DNA from: Blepharisma stoltei ATCC 30299
Lineage: Eukaryota; Protista; Ciliophora
Assembly: GCA_965603825.1 (NCBI GenBank)
Contig: CBFDEM010000064.1
Coordinates: 248,001-312,000 of the forward strand
Direction of reading: 5' to 3'
Length of the DNA stretch: 64,000 bases
Program-made: the position numbers and the translations under genes
The notes under the pieces: model-generated
What the model was told of the DNA's origin: nothing
What the model saw: the letters and a program-made list of their open reading frames with translations, nothing else
Database searches by the model: none
Shown here: in pieces, positions 63,612-64,000 of the stretch
How the letters are laid out: each line of letters starts with the position of its first letter
Numbering within the stretch: position 1 is the stretch's first letter

Positions 63612-64000
63612 GCGCTCAAAAATGTCATGTAATAATGATAATTTATTCTCCTCTTTATGATGCTATCTAGCTTTGGTGATTGAACTAAGAGATCATCTAA
63701 AATTTTTTTACAGTGTAAAGGATATCTAAATAAAAAATGTATAATAAAGAATATAAATTTTATAATTGCTAACCTTTTGTATTTTCTATAAAAAGAGAAG
63801 TACAAAATAATCAGGATTATATATAACATTCAACTCTAATTCTTGTCTCAAAATTTGAATTAAAATATCTGGCTAATGCAACCAAGCCCTTAAAGGCCAA
63901 ATTTAGCCTCAACTAAAAAATAATTTTATTAGTTTTGACTCAGCTCAAAAGGGTTATAAATATTCAAAGTTGCTAGTAATTTTTGTATAGCAGCAGCCCT

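Noticed and set aside
1-64000. Dozens of short ORFs as separate genes or mass pseudogenisation
   Set aside because: They join into full-length colinear genes with TGA=Trp and 15-20 nt introns

Overview
AT-rich, gene-dense eukaryotic DNA with the signature of a heterotrich ciliate macronuclear chromosome, most likely Blepharisma (inference). Most ORF-track fragments join into full genes if TGA is read as Trp; TGA sits at conserved Trp positions and opposite TGG in paralogs. Tiny GT-AG introns must also be removed: I located 27 (19 x 15 nt, 6 x 16 nt, one 17 nt, one 20 nt). Every gene I could complete ends in TAA or TAG. The first ~39 kb is mostly housekeeping and signalling genes: FNR-like reductase, PHD protein, 2234-aa furin-repeat membrane protein, USP, two dual-specificity phosphatases, a divergent ketoacyl synthase, B-type cyclin, HAT-repeat, ankyrin-SAM, PLAC8, EGF-TM-RING, RRM and MBL hydrolase genes, plus three damaged members of one Cys-rich secreted family. 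From 39 to 64 kb is a duplication-rich cluster. It interleaves two intact Neverland/DAF-36-type Rieske sterol 7-desaturases and a truncated pseudogene, four ~1130-aa Kelch-propeller/Cys-repeat/3-TM receptor-like genes, and an inverted pair of secreted LamG-like/Cys-rich genes. I recognised no rRNA, tRNA, transposase, telomeric repeat or CRISPR array. Family assignments are by motif recognition only; no searches were run.
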